Shown piece by piece: positions 16,275 through 25,990 of a stretch of 64,000 nt of DNA. The DNA is from Eubacteriales bacterium (GTDB lineage: Bacteria > Bacillota > Clostridia > Acetivibrionales > JANLFN01). The notes beneath the pieces are model-generated. The model saw only the letters and a list, made by a program, of their open reading frames with translations, was not told the DNA's origin and ran no database searches. Positions within the stretch are counted from its first letter, which is position 1; each line of letters begins with the position of its first letter. The translations under genes and the position numbers were made by a program. The stretch spans positions 116,007 to 180,006 of the forward strand of contig JANLFN010000005.1 of the NCBI GenBank assembly GCA_024655885.1, read 5' to 3'.

Positions 16275-17450
16275 CTATATTTTGCTGAAAACGTTTTTGA
16301 ACGCATTAAGGGCGTAATCCAGTTGCTCTTTTGTATGGGTTGAGGTGTAGGTGGTTCTTAACAGGGAAAGCCCCGGTTTAACCGCAGGTGAAACTACAGG
16401 ATTTACGTATACTCCTTCTTCAAGGAGCATTTTGGTTATTATAAAGGTCCTTTCATCCTCATAGGTCATTACGGGAATGATAGGGGTTTGTGATTCCCCA
16501 ATGGGTATGTTCAATTTTTTCAAACCTTCCTTCATGTATTTGGCATTATCCCACAGCCATTGAATACGTTCAGGCTCTGTTTCGATTATTTTGACGGCCT
16601 CCAGGGCGGCGGCGGCGTTTGCCGGCGGAATGGATGCGGAAAAGATAAATGGCCTTGAAATATGCTTGACATAGTGCACCACATCCTCACTGGCGGCCAT
16701 GAATCCTCCCAGGCTTGCCAATGACTTGCTGAAGGTGCTCATAATGATATCCACCTCATTTTCAAGTCCGTAATATTCCGCCGTACCGCTGCCTCTTTTT
16801 CCCAGAACCCCGAGACCGTGGGCGTCATCCATCATTGTCCTTGCCCCGTATTTTTTAGCCAGTCTTACAATTTCGGGGACATTGGCGATATCTCCCTCCA
16901 TACTGAACACACCGTCAAAAACAATCAGCTTTCCGTTGCCGTCGGGTATATTTTTCAGTATGCGCTCCAGGTCTTCCATATTATTGTGCTCATATTTGAG
17001 AAGCTTTGCGAAACTTAGCCTGCACCCGTCGATTATACTTGCATGATTGCCGCTATCACAGATGATGTAGTCGTTTCTTCCCGCAATGGCCGATAGGATT
17101 CCCAGATTTGTCTGAAAACCGGTACTGAATGTAAGTGCGGCCTCCTTGCCCACAAAAGCGGCCAAACGCTTTTCCAATTCTATATGCAGGTCCAATGTAC
17201 CGTTTAAGAATCTGGAACCGGAACAGCCTGTCCCATACTTGTCAAGTGCTTCATGAGCCGCTTTTATAACCCTTGGATCGGATGTCAGACCCAGGTAATT
17301 GTTTGATCCGATCATGATTGTCCTTTTGCCGTTTATTATAACTTCGGCATCCTGACCAGATTCCAGGACGTGAAAGTAGGGATAGATCCCAGCCTTCATA
17401 GCCTCTTTCGCCGCAGTGTAATTAAAGCACTTTGAGAAAATGTCCATCAT
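16275..17450 (-). CDS. alpha-oxoamine synthase family PLP enzyme (BioF/Kbl/SPT family; local motifs closest to serine palmitoyltransferase-like members)
   Basis: 391 aa with SNNYLGL, GSRFLNGT, DDAHG and the STFSKSLASLGGF PLP-lysine motif. The C-terminal YVNPVVSPAVKPG...LLR region resembles that of SPT. Confidence 0.8.
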   Translation of the reverse strand: MMDIFSKCFNYTAAKEAMKAGIYPYFHVLESGQDAEVIINGKRTIMIGSNNYLGLTSDPRVIKAAHEALDKYGTGCSGSRFLNGTLDLHIELEKRLAAFVGKEAALTFSTGFQTNLGILSAIAGRNDYIICDSGNHASIIDGCRLSFAKLLKYEHNNMEDLERILKNIPDGNGKLIVFDGVFSMEGDIANVPEIVRLAKKYGARTMMDDAHGLGVLGKRGSGTAEYYGLENEVDIIMSTFSKSLASLGGFMAASEDVVHYVKHISRPFIFSASIPPANAAAALEAVKIIETEPERIQWLWDNAKYMKEGLKKLNIPIGESQTPIIPVMTYEDERTFIITKMLLEEGVYVNPVVSPAVKPGLSLLRTTYTSTHTKEQLDYALNAFKNVFSKI

Positions 17451-17709
17451 TACAAAAAATCTCCTTTACCTACAAATATTATACATCATTTGCGTTTTGC
17501 TGTCCGTTGCATCCTTCTTAAAAGAAAAGAAGGCATTGTTGCCATTAAATTAATAAGTGGACCAACAATATTTTACCATACAACTTGAGAGAATTGTATG
17601 TTTTCTGTATTATTTTCCAAAGACCCGTCTGTTTTGTCCATAACCGTGATTGAATTGGTGTCCGGTACAATGTATAATTGTTTCAAAGTGCTTTTGAAGG
17701 AGATTCTTT

Positions 17710-18555
17710 ATGGAGATTTTATATGGAAGTGTTGTACTGGTGACCGGTGCATCTTCGGGAATAGGGAAGGCAATAGCTGAAAAATTGGCAATGGAAGGCT
17801 ATAAGGTATACGGGACTTCCAGAAATCAACGCCTTGAGGATGAGGACAGCCCTGTAATAAGGTCCGGTGCAAAAGGCGGCTTTCTAAAAATATTGAAAAT
17901 GGATGTCTGCAGTGAGGAGTCGGTGAAAAGGGCTGTTGGCCATGTTATTGAAAGGGAAGGGACCATCAATATACTTATAAACAACGCCGGGTTTGGGATT
18001 GGCGGCGCCGTTGAGGACACTACGGCGGAAGAAGCCTTTAGACAATTTGATACGAATTTTTTCGGCGTATTGAGAATGTGCAGAAATGTCATTCCCGTCA
18101 TGCGGGCACAGGGGAAAGGGCTGATTATCAATATAGGGTCGGTTGCGGGCCTGATTTCCATACCCTTTCAATCTATGTACAGTGCGAGCAAGTATGCTGT
18201 TGAAGCAATGTCGGAGGTTTTAAGGATGGAAGTGCAGCCTTTCGGCATAAAAGTCACACTTATAGAACCGGGAGATACCAAGACCGGTTTTACGAAAAAC
18301 AGGCAGGCTGCCCAAGCGGCGGAGAAAAACACTTCGGTTTACAGGGACAGGTATGAAAAGGCCATAAATGCCATGGCTGTTTCCGAGATGAACGGACCGG
18401 GTCCCGACAAAGTTGTAAATGTGGTTTTAAAAGTAATTGAGATGAAAAACCCTCCGGTGCGAAAGGTGGTAGGGGTTTCATATAAGCTGATCGTGTTTTT
18501 AAAAAGAATTCTTCCGTCAAGACTGGTGGAGTTTGTTGTAGCCAAACTTTATTAG
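17710..18555 (+). CDS. classical short-chain dehydrogenase/reductase (SDR)
   Basis: Motifs TGASSGIGKA, NNAG and YSASK are present. AAGGAG RBS. Confidence 0.85.
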   Translation: MEILYGSVVLVTGASSGIGKAIAEKLAMEGYKVYGTSRNQRLEDEDSPVIRSGAKGGFLKILKMDVCSEESVKRAVGHVIEREGTINILINNAGFGIGGAVEDTTAEEAFRQFDTNFFGVLRMCRNVIPVMRAQGKGLIINIGSVAGLISIPFQSMYSASKYAVEAMSEVLRMEVQPFGIKVTLIEPGDTKTGFTKNRQAAQAAEKNTSVYRDRYEKAINAMAVSEMNGPGPDKVVNVVLKVIEMKNPPVRKVVGVSYKLIVFLKRILPSRLVEFVVAKLY

Positions 18556-18609
18556 CCTTCCCTTACAAAGGCCTGTTTGACTCAAGGTGGGAAAGTGGAG
18601 CAAAGCAGC

Positions 18610-19506
18610 TCACACTTCTATATCCTTCCGCCTCTTTGATTTTGGTGCCTTACTATTTTGCAGGGTTGTTATTATGCTGCGTGCCGTTATGGACACAAGT
18701 ACGATAGACCCGCCCGTAAGAGCCCATGGGCCGGGTATCTCTCCTAAAAACAGAAAGACCCAGATTGGATTCAGTATGGGCTCTAAAGTAGAGGTCAATA
18801 TGGCTTCAAGAGCAGTTACCTGCTTGATAGCGATGGAGTATAAGACATAGGCCAGACCCAGCTGGAATACGCCGAGCAGGATCAGGCCGAGCCAGCTCGA
18901 AGCGCCGGGCATGGACCCGAACATAAAGGGAATGCTTACAACTGCGGTGATTATATTCCCCAGCAGGATGGTTTCAATAGGGGACCCGTCTTTTTGCATC
19001 CGTGAAAAAATAAAAAGCAAAGCGAAGCTTATCCCGGAAAAAACAGCAAGGATATTGCCGGTCATGCCGCCTATGGAAAGGTTGTCCATAAAAAACAGCA
19101 CCATGCCGCCCATTGTAAAAACGATGGTTATGCTGTCCACTATTTTGATTTTTTCCTTTAGCAGCCATACACCCAGGACCGCCACGTAGATGGGGGCCGT
19201 ATATTGAAGGAGAATGGCATTGGCCGCAGTCGTCATTTTGGTTGCTGAAACAAACAGGGTTACAGTGGCCGCATAGGACAGGGCGCCGGCAATTTGGGGA
19301 AAAGACCAAGTGAAACGGGGTTTGCGTATAAGGATTAAAAGAAAAAGCGCCGAGATGGCACTGCGCATGCCTGCGATAGCTATAGGGTTCCATGAGACCA
19401 GCTTTATCAGCACACCGCCTGAACTCCACAGCAGGGCTGTTCCGACAAGAAGGAGGATGGCCGTTGAGTGTTTGACCTGAAATTCGCCCAGAAGCATTTT
19501 TATCAT
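18610..19506 (-). CDS. EamA/DMT-family transporter (10-TM)
   Basis: Two-repeat hydrophobic architecture. ATG 19506 follows GGAAAGGAAGG; the longer ORF in the track has no RBS. Confidence 0.75.
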   Translation of the reverse strand: MIKMLLGEFQVKHSTAILLLVGTALLWSSGGVLIKLVSWNPIAIAGMRSAISALFLLILIRKPRFTWSFPQIAGALSYAATVTLFVSATKMTTAANAILLQYTAPIYVAVLGVWLLKEKIKIVDSITIVFTMGGMVLFFMDNLSIGGMTGNILAVFSGISFALLFIFSRMQKDGSPIETILLGNIITAVVSIPFMFGSMPGASSWLGLILLGVFQLGLAYVLYSIAIKQVTALEAILTSTLEPILNPIWVFLFLGEIPGPWALTGGSIVLVSITARSIITTLQNSKAPKSKRRKDIEV

Positions 19507-19627
19507 TACAGAGCCTTCCTTTCCGTATTTGGACAATAAAACCATTATAGCAAAAAAGATTTTTATGGTAAATGGAAATTTGAAAAACGGTTATATTCTT
19601 CGGAAGATGGGGGAAAAATTTTTATGC

Positions 19628-19655
19628 TTGATTTTCTCTAAAAAATGGGTATAAT
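19628..19655 (+). promoter_or_regulatory. sigma-A-type promoter TTGATT-16-TATAAT
   Basis: Read directly, ~150 nt upstream of the J-protein/clpB operon. Confidence 0.6.
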
Positions 19656-19664
19656 AGAGCTATA

Positions 19665-19687
19665 AGTCAAGGAAAGTCAAAGTCAAT
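19665..19687 (+). promoter_or_regulatory. CtsR operator (AGTCAAG-GAA-AGTCAAA, plus a third GTCAA)
   Basis: Matches the CtsR direct-repeat consensus RGTCAAA-NAN-RGTCAAA with one mismatch. It lies immediately downstream of the -10 element. Confidence 0.65.
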
Positions 19688-19806
19688 AAGCTTTGTGTTG
19701 GACATGCACACTTTTATGATATGGACAGCCTGTAGATACCGGATTTTGCGCAGGTGTGGTGAGTGGAAGCAGGGATGGAGCCCTTTGAAAAAAGGAGGAA
19801 TAGATT

Positions 19807-20757
19807 ATGCAGTACAGGGATTACTATGAAATCCTGGGCGTTGATAAAAACGCTTCCCAGGACGAAATAAAAAAAGCCTATAGAAAGCTGGCAAAGAAAT
19901 ACCATCCGGATGCAAATCCCGGGAACAAGGAAGCGGAGGAGAAGTTCAAAGCGGTCAACGAGGCCCATGAAGTGCTGGGTGATCCTGAAAAGAGGAAGAA
20001 GTACGACAGCCTGGGGCAGGGGTTCCATTTCCAGGAAGGATATGACTTTGACCCGTTCCAGTACGGGTTCGGAAAGAATGGAAGGTCTGAGTACAGGACG
20101 GGAATGAATAACGGCTTCAGCGATTTCTTCAATATGTTTTTTGGCGGCGACTCTTTTAACCTTGAGGATATTTTGGGCAGAAGTGCCGGAAGAACGGGCT
20201 TTTCCAGGAATTTTGCCATGAATGGAGAGGACAGTGAGGCAGAAATAGAGATCACTCCTGAGGAAGGGTTCACCGGTGTTGAAAAAAGGGTAACCATCGG
20301 CGGAAACGGACAGGGCAGGACCATCTCCTTTAAGATCCCGGCGGGCATTAAAGAGGGGGAAAGGATAAAACTAGCGGGACAGGGATCACCCGGGTTTGGC
20401 GGGGGAAAAAACGGCGACCTGTATCTTAAAATCAGGTTTAAGACAGAGGGACGCTTTGATATCATGGGAAACAATTTATTGGCCGTCATCGACCTGACTC
20501 CCTGGGAGGCCGCCCTGGGAGGAGAAGTGCCCTTTAATACCATAGATGGAAGGATTATTGTAAAAATACCCGAGGGGATACAGGCCGACAGCAAAATCAG
20601 GGTAGCCGGTAAGGGCTACAGGGAAAAAAACGGCAAAAGGGGAGACCTGTTTTTAAAGGTTAGAATCGTAAATCCACCGTCCCTGACAACGGAGGAAAAG
20701 CAACTGTATGAGAAGCTGAAACAGGTTTCAGGGTTTAAACCTTACGGCAGGCAATAA
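19807..20757 (+). CDS. J-domain co-chaperone, CbpA-like (J domain, G/F region, DnaJ C-terminal domains, no zinc finger)
   Basis: DYYEILGV...[19 protein letters not shown] motif. The CxxCxGxG repeats are absent. Confidence 0.85.
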   Translation: MQYRDYYEILGVDKNASQDEIKKAYRKLAKKYHPDANPGNKEAEEKFKAVNEAHEVLGDPEKRKKYDSLGQGFHFQEGYDFDPFQYGFGKNGRSEYRTGMNNGFSDFFNMFFGGDSFNLEDILGRSAGRTGFSRNFAMNGEDSEAEIEITPEEGFTGVEKRVTIGGNGQGRTISFKIPAGIKEGERIKLAGQGSPGFGGGKNGDLYLKIRFKTEGRFDIMGNNLLAVIDLTPWEAALGGEVPFNTIDGRIIVKIPEGIQADSKIRVAGKGYREKNGKRGDLFLKVRIVNPPSLTTEEKQLYEKLKQVSGFKPYGRQ

Positions 20758-20815
20758 GGTAAAAAGCAATAATTTAACGGCTTATACGTGAAATTAAAGA
20801 TAGAGGTGAATGATT

Positions 20816-23407
20816 ATGAATATGGAAAAATTTACAGAAAAGGCGCAGGAAGCTGTGGCTACTTCCCAGGAGATTGCAATCAGGTATGGAAACCAGCAGG
20901 TGGACGGAGAGCATTTGCACCTTGCCCTTTTGACCCAGGAGGAGGGTCTGATCCCCCGGCTTATAAACTTTATGGAGGAAAATGTAGGCTTGGTTATAAA
21001 GGACGTTGAAAGGGAGCTGGAAAAGCTGCCCAAGGTCTACGGCGGATCAGCCAGCCTGTATGCCGGCCGGAGGTTTAACGAGCTGCTGCTCCATGCAGAG
21101 GATGAAGCGAGGAAGTTTAAGGATGAATACGTAGGTGTAGAGCATATTTACCTGGCCCTGTTGAAGGAGAGAAATACTCCTTCGGAGGCTGTGTTTAAGC
21201 GTTATGGAATCAATTACGAAAAATTTCTGGCAGCGTTGAGCAAGGTGAGAAGCAACCAGCGCATCACCTCAAAAAATCCCGAGGAAACTTACGATGCGTT
21301 AAACCGGTTTGGAAGGGACCTGGTGGAGCTGGCCAGGAGCGGAAAGGTGGATCCGGTCATTGGAAGGGATACGGAGATCAGGCGGGTTATCAGGATCCTT
21401 TCAAGAAGAACCAAGAACAATCCGGTTTTGATAGGGGAACCGGGGGTAGGAAAAACCGCTGTGGTGGAAGGCCTTGCCCAGCGCATGCTTAAAGGGGATG
21501 TGCCGGAAGGGCTTAAAAACAGGACCATCTATGCCCTGGACATGGGGTCCCTGATTGCAGGCGCCAAATACAGGGGAGAATTTGAAGAACGGCTGAAAGC
21601 GGTTTTGAATGAAGTGGAAAAATCCCAGGGCAGGATTATCCTGTTCATTGATGAGCTCCACAATATTGTGGGCGCAGGTAAGGCTGAAGGAGCCATGGAT
21701 GCGGGCAACATCCTGAAACCCATGCTTGCAAGGGGCGAGCTTCACTGCATAGGGGCCACCACCCTGGATGAATACAGGAAGTACATAGAAAAAGATGCCG
21801 CCCTAGAAAGGAGGTTCCAGCCTGTTATGGTGGACCAGCCTTCGGTAGAGGATACCATATCCATATTAAGGGGCTTGAAGGAGAGGTTTGAAATCCACCA
21901 TGGAGTGAGGATAACGGATAATGCCATTATTGCTAGTGCCGTTTTGTCAAACCGGTATATCAGCGACAGGTTTCTCCCGGATAAGGCCATTGACCTTATG
22001 GATGAGGCGGCTTCCATGATCAGGACCGAGATTGACAGCATGCCTGCGGAACTTGATGAAATAAGCCGGAAAATCATGCAGCTTGAAATAGAAAGGCAGG
22101 CCCTGAAAAAAGAGGATGAAAGGGACTCAAAGGAAAGGCTTGAAGCCCTGGAAAAGGAAATCTCAGGCCTAAAGGACAGGGCGAACAGCATGAAGGCCCA
22201 GTGGGAGCTTGAAAAGGGCTATATAAAAAAGGAAAAGGAATTGAAAGAGCAGATAGAGGAGGTTAAAAGGCAGATTGAAGAGGCGGAGAGAAAATATGAC
22301 TTAAATGAGCTGGCCATCTTGAGGCATGGAAAACTGCCTGAACTGGAACGACTTCTGGGAGAGGAAAAGGCAAGGCAGAAAACGGGAAGCGGAAAAAGGC
22401 TGCTTAAGGAAGAAGTCACTGAGGAGGAAATTGCGGAGATTGTATCCAGATGGACAGGGATTCCTGTCACCAAACTGGTTGAAAATGAAAGGGAAAAGCT
22501 ATTAAATCTGGAAGAGGTTTTGCACAGGAGGGTTATAGGACAGGAGGAAGCGGTAACTGCCGTTTCGGATGCGGTCATCAGGGCGAGGTCCGGACTCAAG
22601 GACCTGAGAAAACCCATCGGTTCCTTTATATTCCTTGGACCTACCGGGGTGGGCAAGACTGAGCTTGCCAAAGCACTTTCGGAAGCCCTGTTTGACAGTG
22701 AAGAGAATATTGTCCGGATAGATATGAGCGAGTACATGGAAAAGCACACCGTTGCAAGACTCATCGGAGCGCCTCCCGGATATGTGGGATATGAGGAGGG
22801 GGGCCAGCTTACCGAAGCCGTCAGGAGAAAACCTTACTGCGTAATCCTTTTTGACGAGATCGAAAAAGCTCACAGCGACGTGTTCAACGTGCTGCTGCAG
22901 ATCCTTGACGACGGAAGGCTCACCGACAGCCAGGGAAGAACGGTGAACTTCAAAAACACCGTGATCATTATGACATCCAATATAGGAAGCCAGTACCTGT
23001 TAAACGGGATCGGCAGCGGCGGTGAGATAGACGAGAAGGCCAAAGAAGAGGTTATGAATGAGTTGAGAAGGAACTTCAAACCGGAGTTCTTAAACCGGAT
23101 TGACGAAACCGTCATGTTCAAACCGCTACTTAAACCGCAGATCATACAAATTATCGAGCTGGCACTGAAAGAAATCCAAAAAAGGCTGGACGACAGGCAC
23201 ATAGCCCTGGAAGTGACGGACAGGGCAAAGCACCTCATTGCGGATACGGCGTATTCTCCGGTTTACGGCGCAAGACCTGTAAAGAGGTACCTGCAGAAGC
23301 ATATTGAAACGGAGATCAGTAAAATGATTATCAGAGGGGAACTGGAGGACAACAGCAAAATCATTATAGACTCCGGTGAAAACGGATTAATCTTTAGGAC
23401 AGCATAG
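20816..23407 (+). CDS. clpB: ATP-dependent chaperone/disaggregase ClpB
   Basis: Two AAA+ modules (GEPGVGKTA and GPTGVGKTE) with a long middle coiled-coil. The start is ATG 20816, 7 nt after GAGGTG. Confidence 0.93.
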   Translation: MNMEKFTEKAQEAVATSQEIAIRYGNQQVDGEHLHLALLTQEEGLIPRLINFMEENVGLVIKDVERELEKLPKVYGGSASLYAGRRFNELLLHAEDEARKFKDEYVGVEHIYLALLKERNTPSEAVFKRYGINYEKFLAALSKVRSNQRITSKNPEETYDALNRFGRDLVELARSGKVDPVIGRDTEIRRVIRILSRRTKNNPVLIGEPGVGKTAVVEGLAQRMLKGDVPEGLKNRTIYALDMGSLIAGAKYRGEFEERLKAVLNEVEKSQGRIILFIDELHNIVGAGKAEGAMDAGNILKPMLARGELHCIGATTLDEYRKYIEKDAALERRFQPVMVDQPSVEDTISILRGLKERFEIHHGVRITDNAIIASAVLSNRYISDRFLPDKAIDLMDEAASMIRTEIDSMPAELDEISRKIMQLEIERQALKKEDERDSKERLEALEKEISGLKDRANSMKAQWELEKGYIKKEKELKEQIEEVKRQIEEAERKYDLNELAILRHGKLPELERLLGEEKARQKTGSGKRLLKEEVTEEEIAEIVSRWTGIPVTKLVENEREKLLNLEEVLHRRVIGQEEAVTAVSDAVIRARSGLKDLRKPIGSFIFLGPTGVGKTELAKALSEALFDSEENIVRIDMSEYMEKHTVARLIGAPPGYVGYEEGGQLTEAVRRKPYCVILFDEIEKAHSDVFNVLLQILDDGRLTDSQGRTVNFKNTVIIMTSNIGSQYLLNGIGSGGEIDEKAKEEVMNELRRNFKPEFLNRIDETVMFKPLLKPQIIQIIELALKEIQKRLDDRHIALEVTDRAKHLIADTAYSPVYGARPVKRYLQKHIETEISKMIIRGELEDNSKIIIDSGENGLIFRTA

Positions 23408-23767
23408 GGTAAGAATAGGATTAAAGAAGCAAGGGAGAGAAAGTTTATGTGGAAATTGGATCTTGTAGCATAAAAAATAGATTGCAGAATACCAAACAGA
23501 ATAAATTCAATAAAGGCTGAATACTTCGGCTTTGTAGTCATGCTTTTGTTTGAGTTTGGAAAGTAGGCATTGGGAAGTAATTGATGTAATTTAGCTGCAA
23601 TATGGGATTTTTATTAATGTACTACAGGAAAAATTGCTTTCAAGGTGTGTTGAAAGACATGAAATTCCTCTTACAAAAAAATGATGCTTCAGCTGTGCAA
23701 TACAATGCATCCAGTTGTAAAATTGAGGTAATTGATGTACAATATAATGAGATGACTTATGAATGAC

Positions 23768-23958
23768 TTTGCAGGATATTCATTTACCTGAAAAATTTGC
23801 TTCTGATGTGGATCGGACTGTGAAATTTAAAAAAAAGAGGGCCGTGCTGAAGTCTAAATTTTAAGAACTTTACCGATCATTCTGACATTGATATCGCAGA
23901 AAGAGGTTTAACTTCTCAAAAGTATTTTAAGGTTATGGGGAAGCTTTTGAGACTTTAA
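23768..23958 (+). pseudogene. decayed minimal nucleotidyltransferase (MNT-like) remnant
   Basis: Fragments in different frames read LQDIHLPEKFASDVDRTVK..., (E)ILKKEGRAEV and NFTDHSDIDIAERGLTSQKYFKVMGKLLRL. The pieces are separated by stops and by frameshifts around an A8 run. Confidence 0.35.
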
Positions 23959-23990
23959 AAAGATTAAAATAAGCATGAAGGAGTGGTACT

Positions 23991-24971
23991 ATGAACAGTG
24001 TGTTCAAAGACATGCGTGCAAAGGGTAAGCCCTTGGGTAACTTTGAAGATAAGATCGGCAGACTCGGCGAAATTCTTAAACGTGATGATGTCATCAGAAG
24101 CTCTGAGAATTCTCGAAAACAAGGTGAAATACTCGGGAATCCTTTGGATAATGTGCCTTTTTTTAAAAAGTTGATGCTTTCGCCGATTTTGATGAGTATT
24201 ATGAAAGAATTGAATAAAAGCTATGACGGTATAGATACTCCAGTAAAAAAGAACCGGATAAATGAAGAAGAACTCCAAAAAATTGAAAAAAAGGCCAAGG
24301 AATTGGGGGCACTTTCAATCGGATATGCCAGAGTTGATAAGGAAGATATTTTTGAAGGTTACGGGATCGTTTATCCCAATGCTATTGTTTTTACAATTGA
24401 AATGGATAAGGAAAACATCAATAAAGCACCTAGTATTGATACAGCGAAAATGATTATGAAGACCTATGACCAAACCGGTATTGTTGCAAACAAGCTTACG
24501 GAATTCATACGTGAGATGGGCTTTGGCGCGCATGCCGGACCGGGTTTGGGAGGGCTGACAATTTATCCTGTGCTGGCTGAAAAGGCTAACTTGGGTATAA
24601 TCGGAAGACACGGACTGCTTATATCACCAGAAGTTGGTCCAAGATTACGGCTTGCTGTTGTATATACAAATATTGATAACCTTCCGTTAAAAAATGAAAA
24701 TACGCACAAATGGGTTCTGCAATTCTGTAAAAGCTGCGGCAAATGTATCAGGAAGTGTCCTGACGGTGCAATCTATAACACACCAGTTAAAACCAAGGGT
24801 GAGCATGTTTCATATATGGACTATAAAAAATGTGCTGTACATTTTGCCGAATGGTTTGGCTGCACGGTTTGTGTCAAAGAATGTGTGTTTAGCCAGAATG
24901 ACTATCAGGATATCAAAGAAAATTTCTTTCAAAATAAGGATAAGTCCGAAGCGAATGAGTATAAAATGTGA
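23991..24971 (+). CDS. Fe-S oxidoreductase of the reductive-dehalogenase/QueG superfamily (326 aa, no signal peptide)
   Basis: GIIGRHGLLISPEVGPRLRLAVVYTN core, followed by CKSCGKCIRKCP and a second Cys cluster (CAVHFAEWFGCTVCVKEC). Confidence 0.6.
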   Translation: MNSVFKDMRAKGKPLGNFEDKIGRLGEILKRDDVIRSSENSRKQGEILGNPLDNVPFFKKLMLSPILMSIMKELNKSYDGIDTPVKKNRINEEELQKIEKKAKELGALSIGYARVDKEDIFEGYGIVYPNAIVFTIEMDKENINKAPSIDTAKMIMKTYDQTGIVANKLTEFIREMGFGAHAGPGLGGLTIYPVLAEKANLGIIGRHGLLISPEVGPRLRLAVVYTNIDNLPLKNENTHKWVLQFCKSCGKCIRKCPDGAIYNTPVKTKGEHVSYMDYKKCAVHFAEWFGCTVCVKECVFSQNDYQDIKENFFQNKDKSEANEYKM

Positions 24972-25225
24972 CAGGGGACGGTTCTTTGTCACGCAATGCT
25001 CATAAGTGGCATAATCCCCAAAACCTAAACAGGAGGGGGATGCTATGCCAAGACGTATTCGAAGTTTGAGCAGCAGAAAAATATACCATGTGATGGCACG
25101 CGGCAACGAAAGAAAGAACCTATTCATGTAAGAAGACAGAGCAAGGTATATAGAGGCTTTATCCAGGGCCAGAGGGCACTCTTCCGGCGGAATTAAAACA
25201 ATACGCCAAGGGTGCCCTGTTTTTT
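24968..25225 (+). mobile_element. RAYT/IS200-like element remnant, copy A (left terminal unit, truncated Y1-transposase N-terminus, hairpin/T-run; right terminal unit missing)
   Basis: The terminal unit GTGACAGGGGACGGTTCTTTGTCAC spans 24968-24992. An AGGAGG RBS precedes an ORF (25045-25131) reading MPRRIRSLSSRKIYHVMARGNERKNLFM*. The copy is near-identical to copy C. Confidence 0.75.
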
Positions 25226-25242
25226 AAAGTAGGAAACTTGAG

Positions 25243-25686
25243 TTAATTACTTTCTTGTTCAGCAAAATAATTAATAATATTTGAGCCGACTTTTTCTATT
25301 AATTCGAACAGTTGCTCCTTTTGATCCTGGGAAAAGTTCTCTAACATTATTTTATTCCAGGAATCAAGGACATTTTCAAGATACTCCCTAACAGCGGCAG
25401 CTTTTTTTGTAGTATATAATTTTTGGGCCCGTTTATCATCTTCGCTGGTCATTCTAAAAACATAGCCTTCCTTTTCTAACTTTTTAATAGCTCTTGCTGT
25501 TGTGGCCTTGTCTAGTTTTACCAACTTAGAGAGTTGTTCCTGGATAATTCCATTATTATCGTACAACGTCATTAGAAATTGATATTGACCACTTCCTAAA
25601 TTATATTTGTTTAATAATGGGTTAAAAAATATTTGGCTGTACCGATAAATTAATGAAATATGCTTACCGAATCTGTCCGTATCCAT
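25243..25686 (-). CDS. MarR-family transcriptional regulator
   Basis: 147 aa with a winged-helix region (QEQLSKLVKLDKATTARAIKKLEKEGYV). ATG 25686 is preceded by GGAGGA. Confidence 0.85.
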   Translation of the reverse strand: MDTDRFGKHISLIYRYSQIFFNPLLNKYNLGSGQYQFLMTLYDNNGIIQEQLSKLVKLDKATTARAIKKLEKEGYVFRMTSEDDKRAQKLYTTKKAAAVREYLENVLDSWNKIMLENFSQDQKEQLFELIEKVGSNIINYFAEQESN

Positions 25687-25990
25687 TTTTTCCTCCATGA
25701 ATAGGTTATAGTCATGTCTAAAAAATTGAAATATAGTTACATGTGCAATCATTTAATTGTATATAAAATTATTGTCTAAGTAAAGTATCATAAAAGCCTA
25801 TATACTTTGTTTTTATAGATTATCATCATAGGAATTTCAAATATCTATTAAACTCAACGGATTATCATGTATTGTATAATGATAGAATTATACAAAATAA
25901 GTTGCAAATGCAACATTTTGTGTTATAATATAGTTGCATACGCAATTATATTATAACACAATAAAATTAATTCTATAGGAGGTATTTTTT

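Noticed and set aside
19878-20594. 238-aa minus-strand ORF antisense to the J-protein gene. Similar long antisense ORFs are 46939-47604, 56979-57791, 12033-12497, 6206-6706 and 14864-15481.
   Set aside because: These are shadow ORFs opposite well-supported genes. They have low-complexity S/P/R-rich translations and no RBS or recognisable motifs.
23263-23541. 92-aa minus-strand ORF downstream of clpB
   Set aside because: It is an AT-rich, hydrophobic low-complexity translation overlapping the clpB 3' end. It has no RBS, so it is likely spurious.
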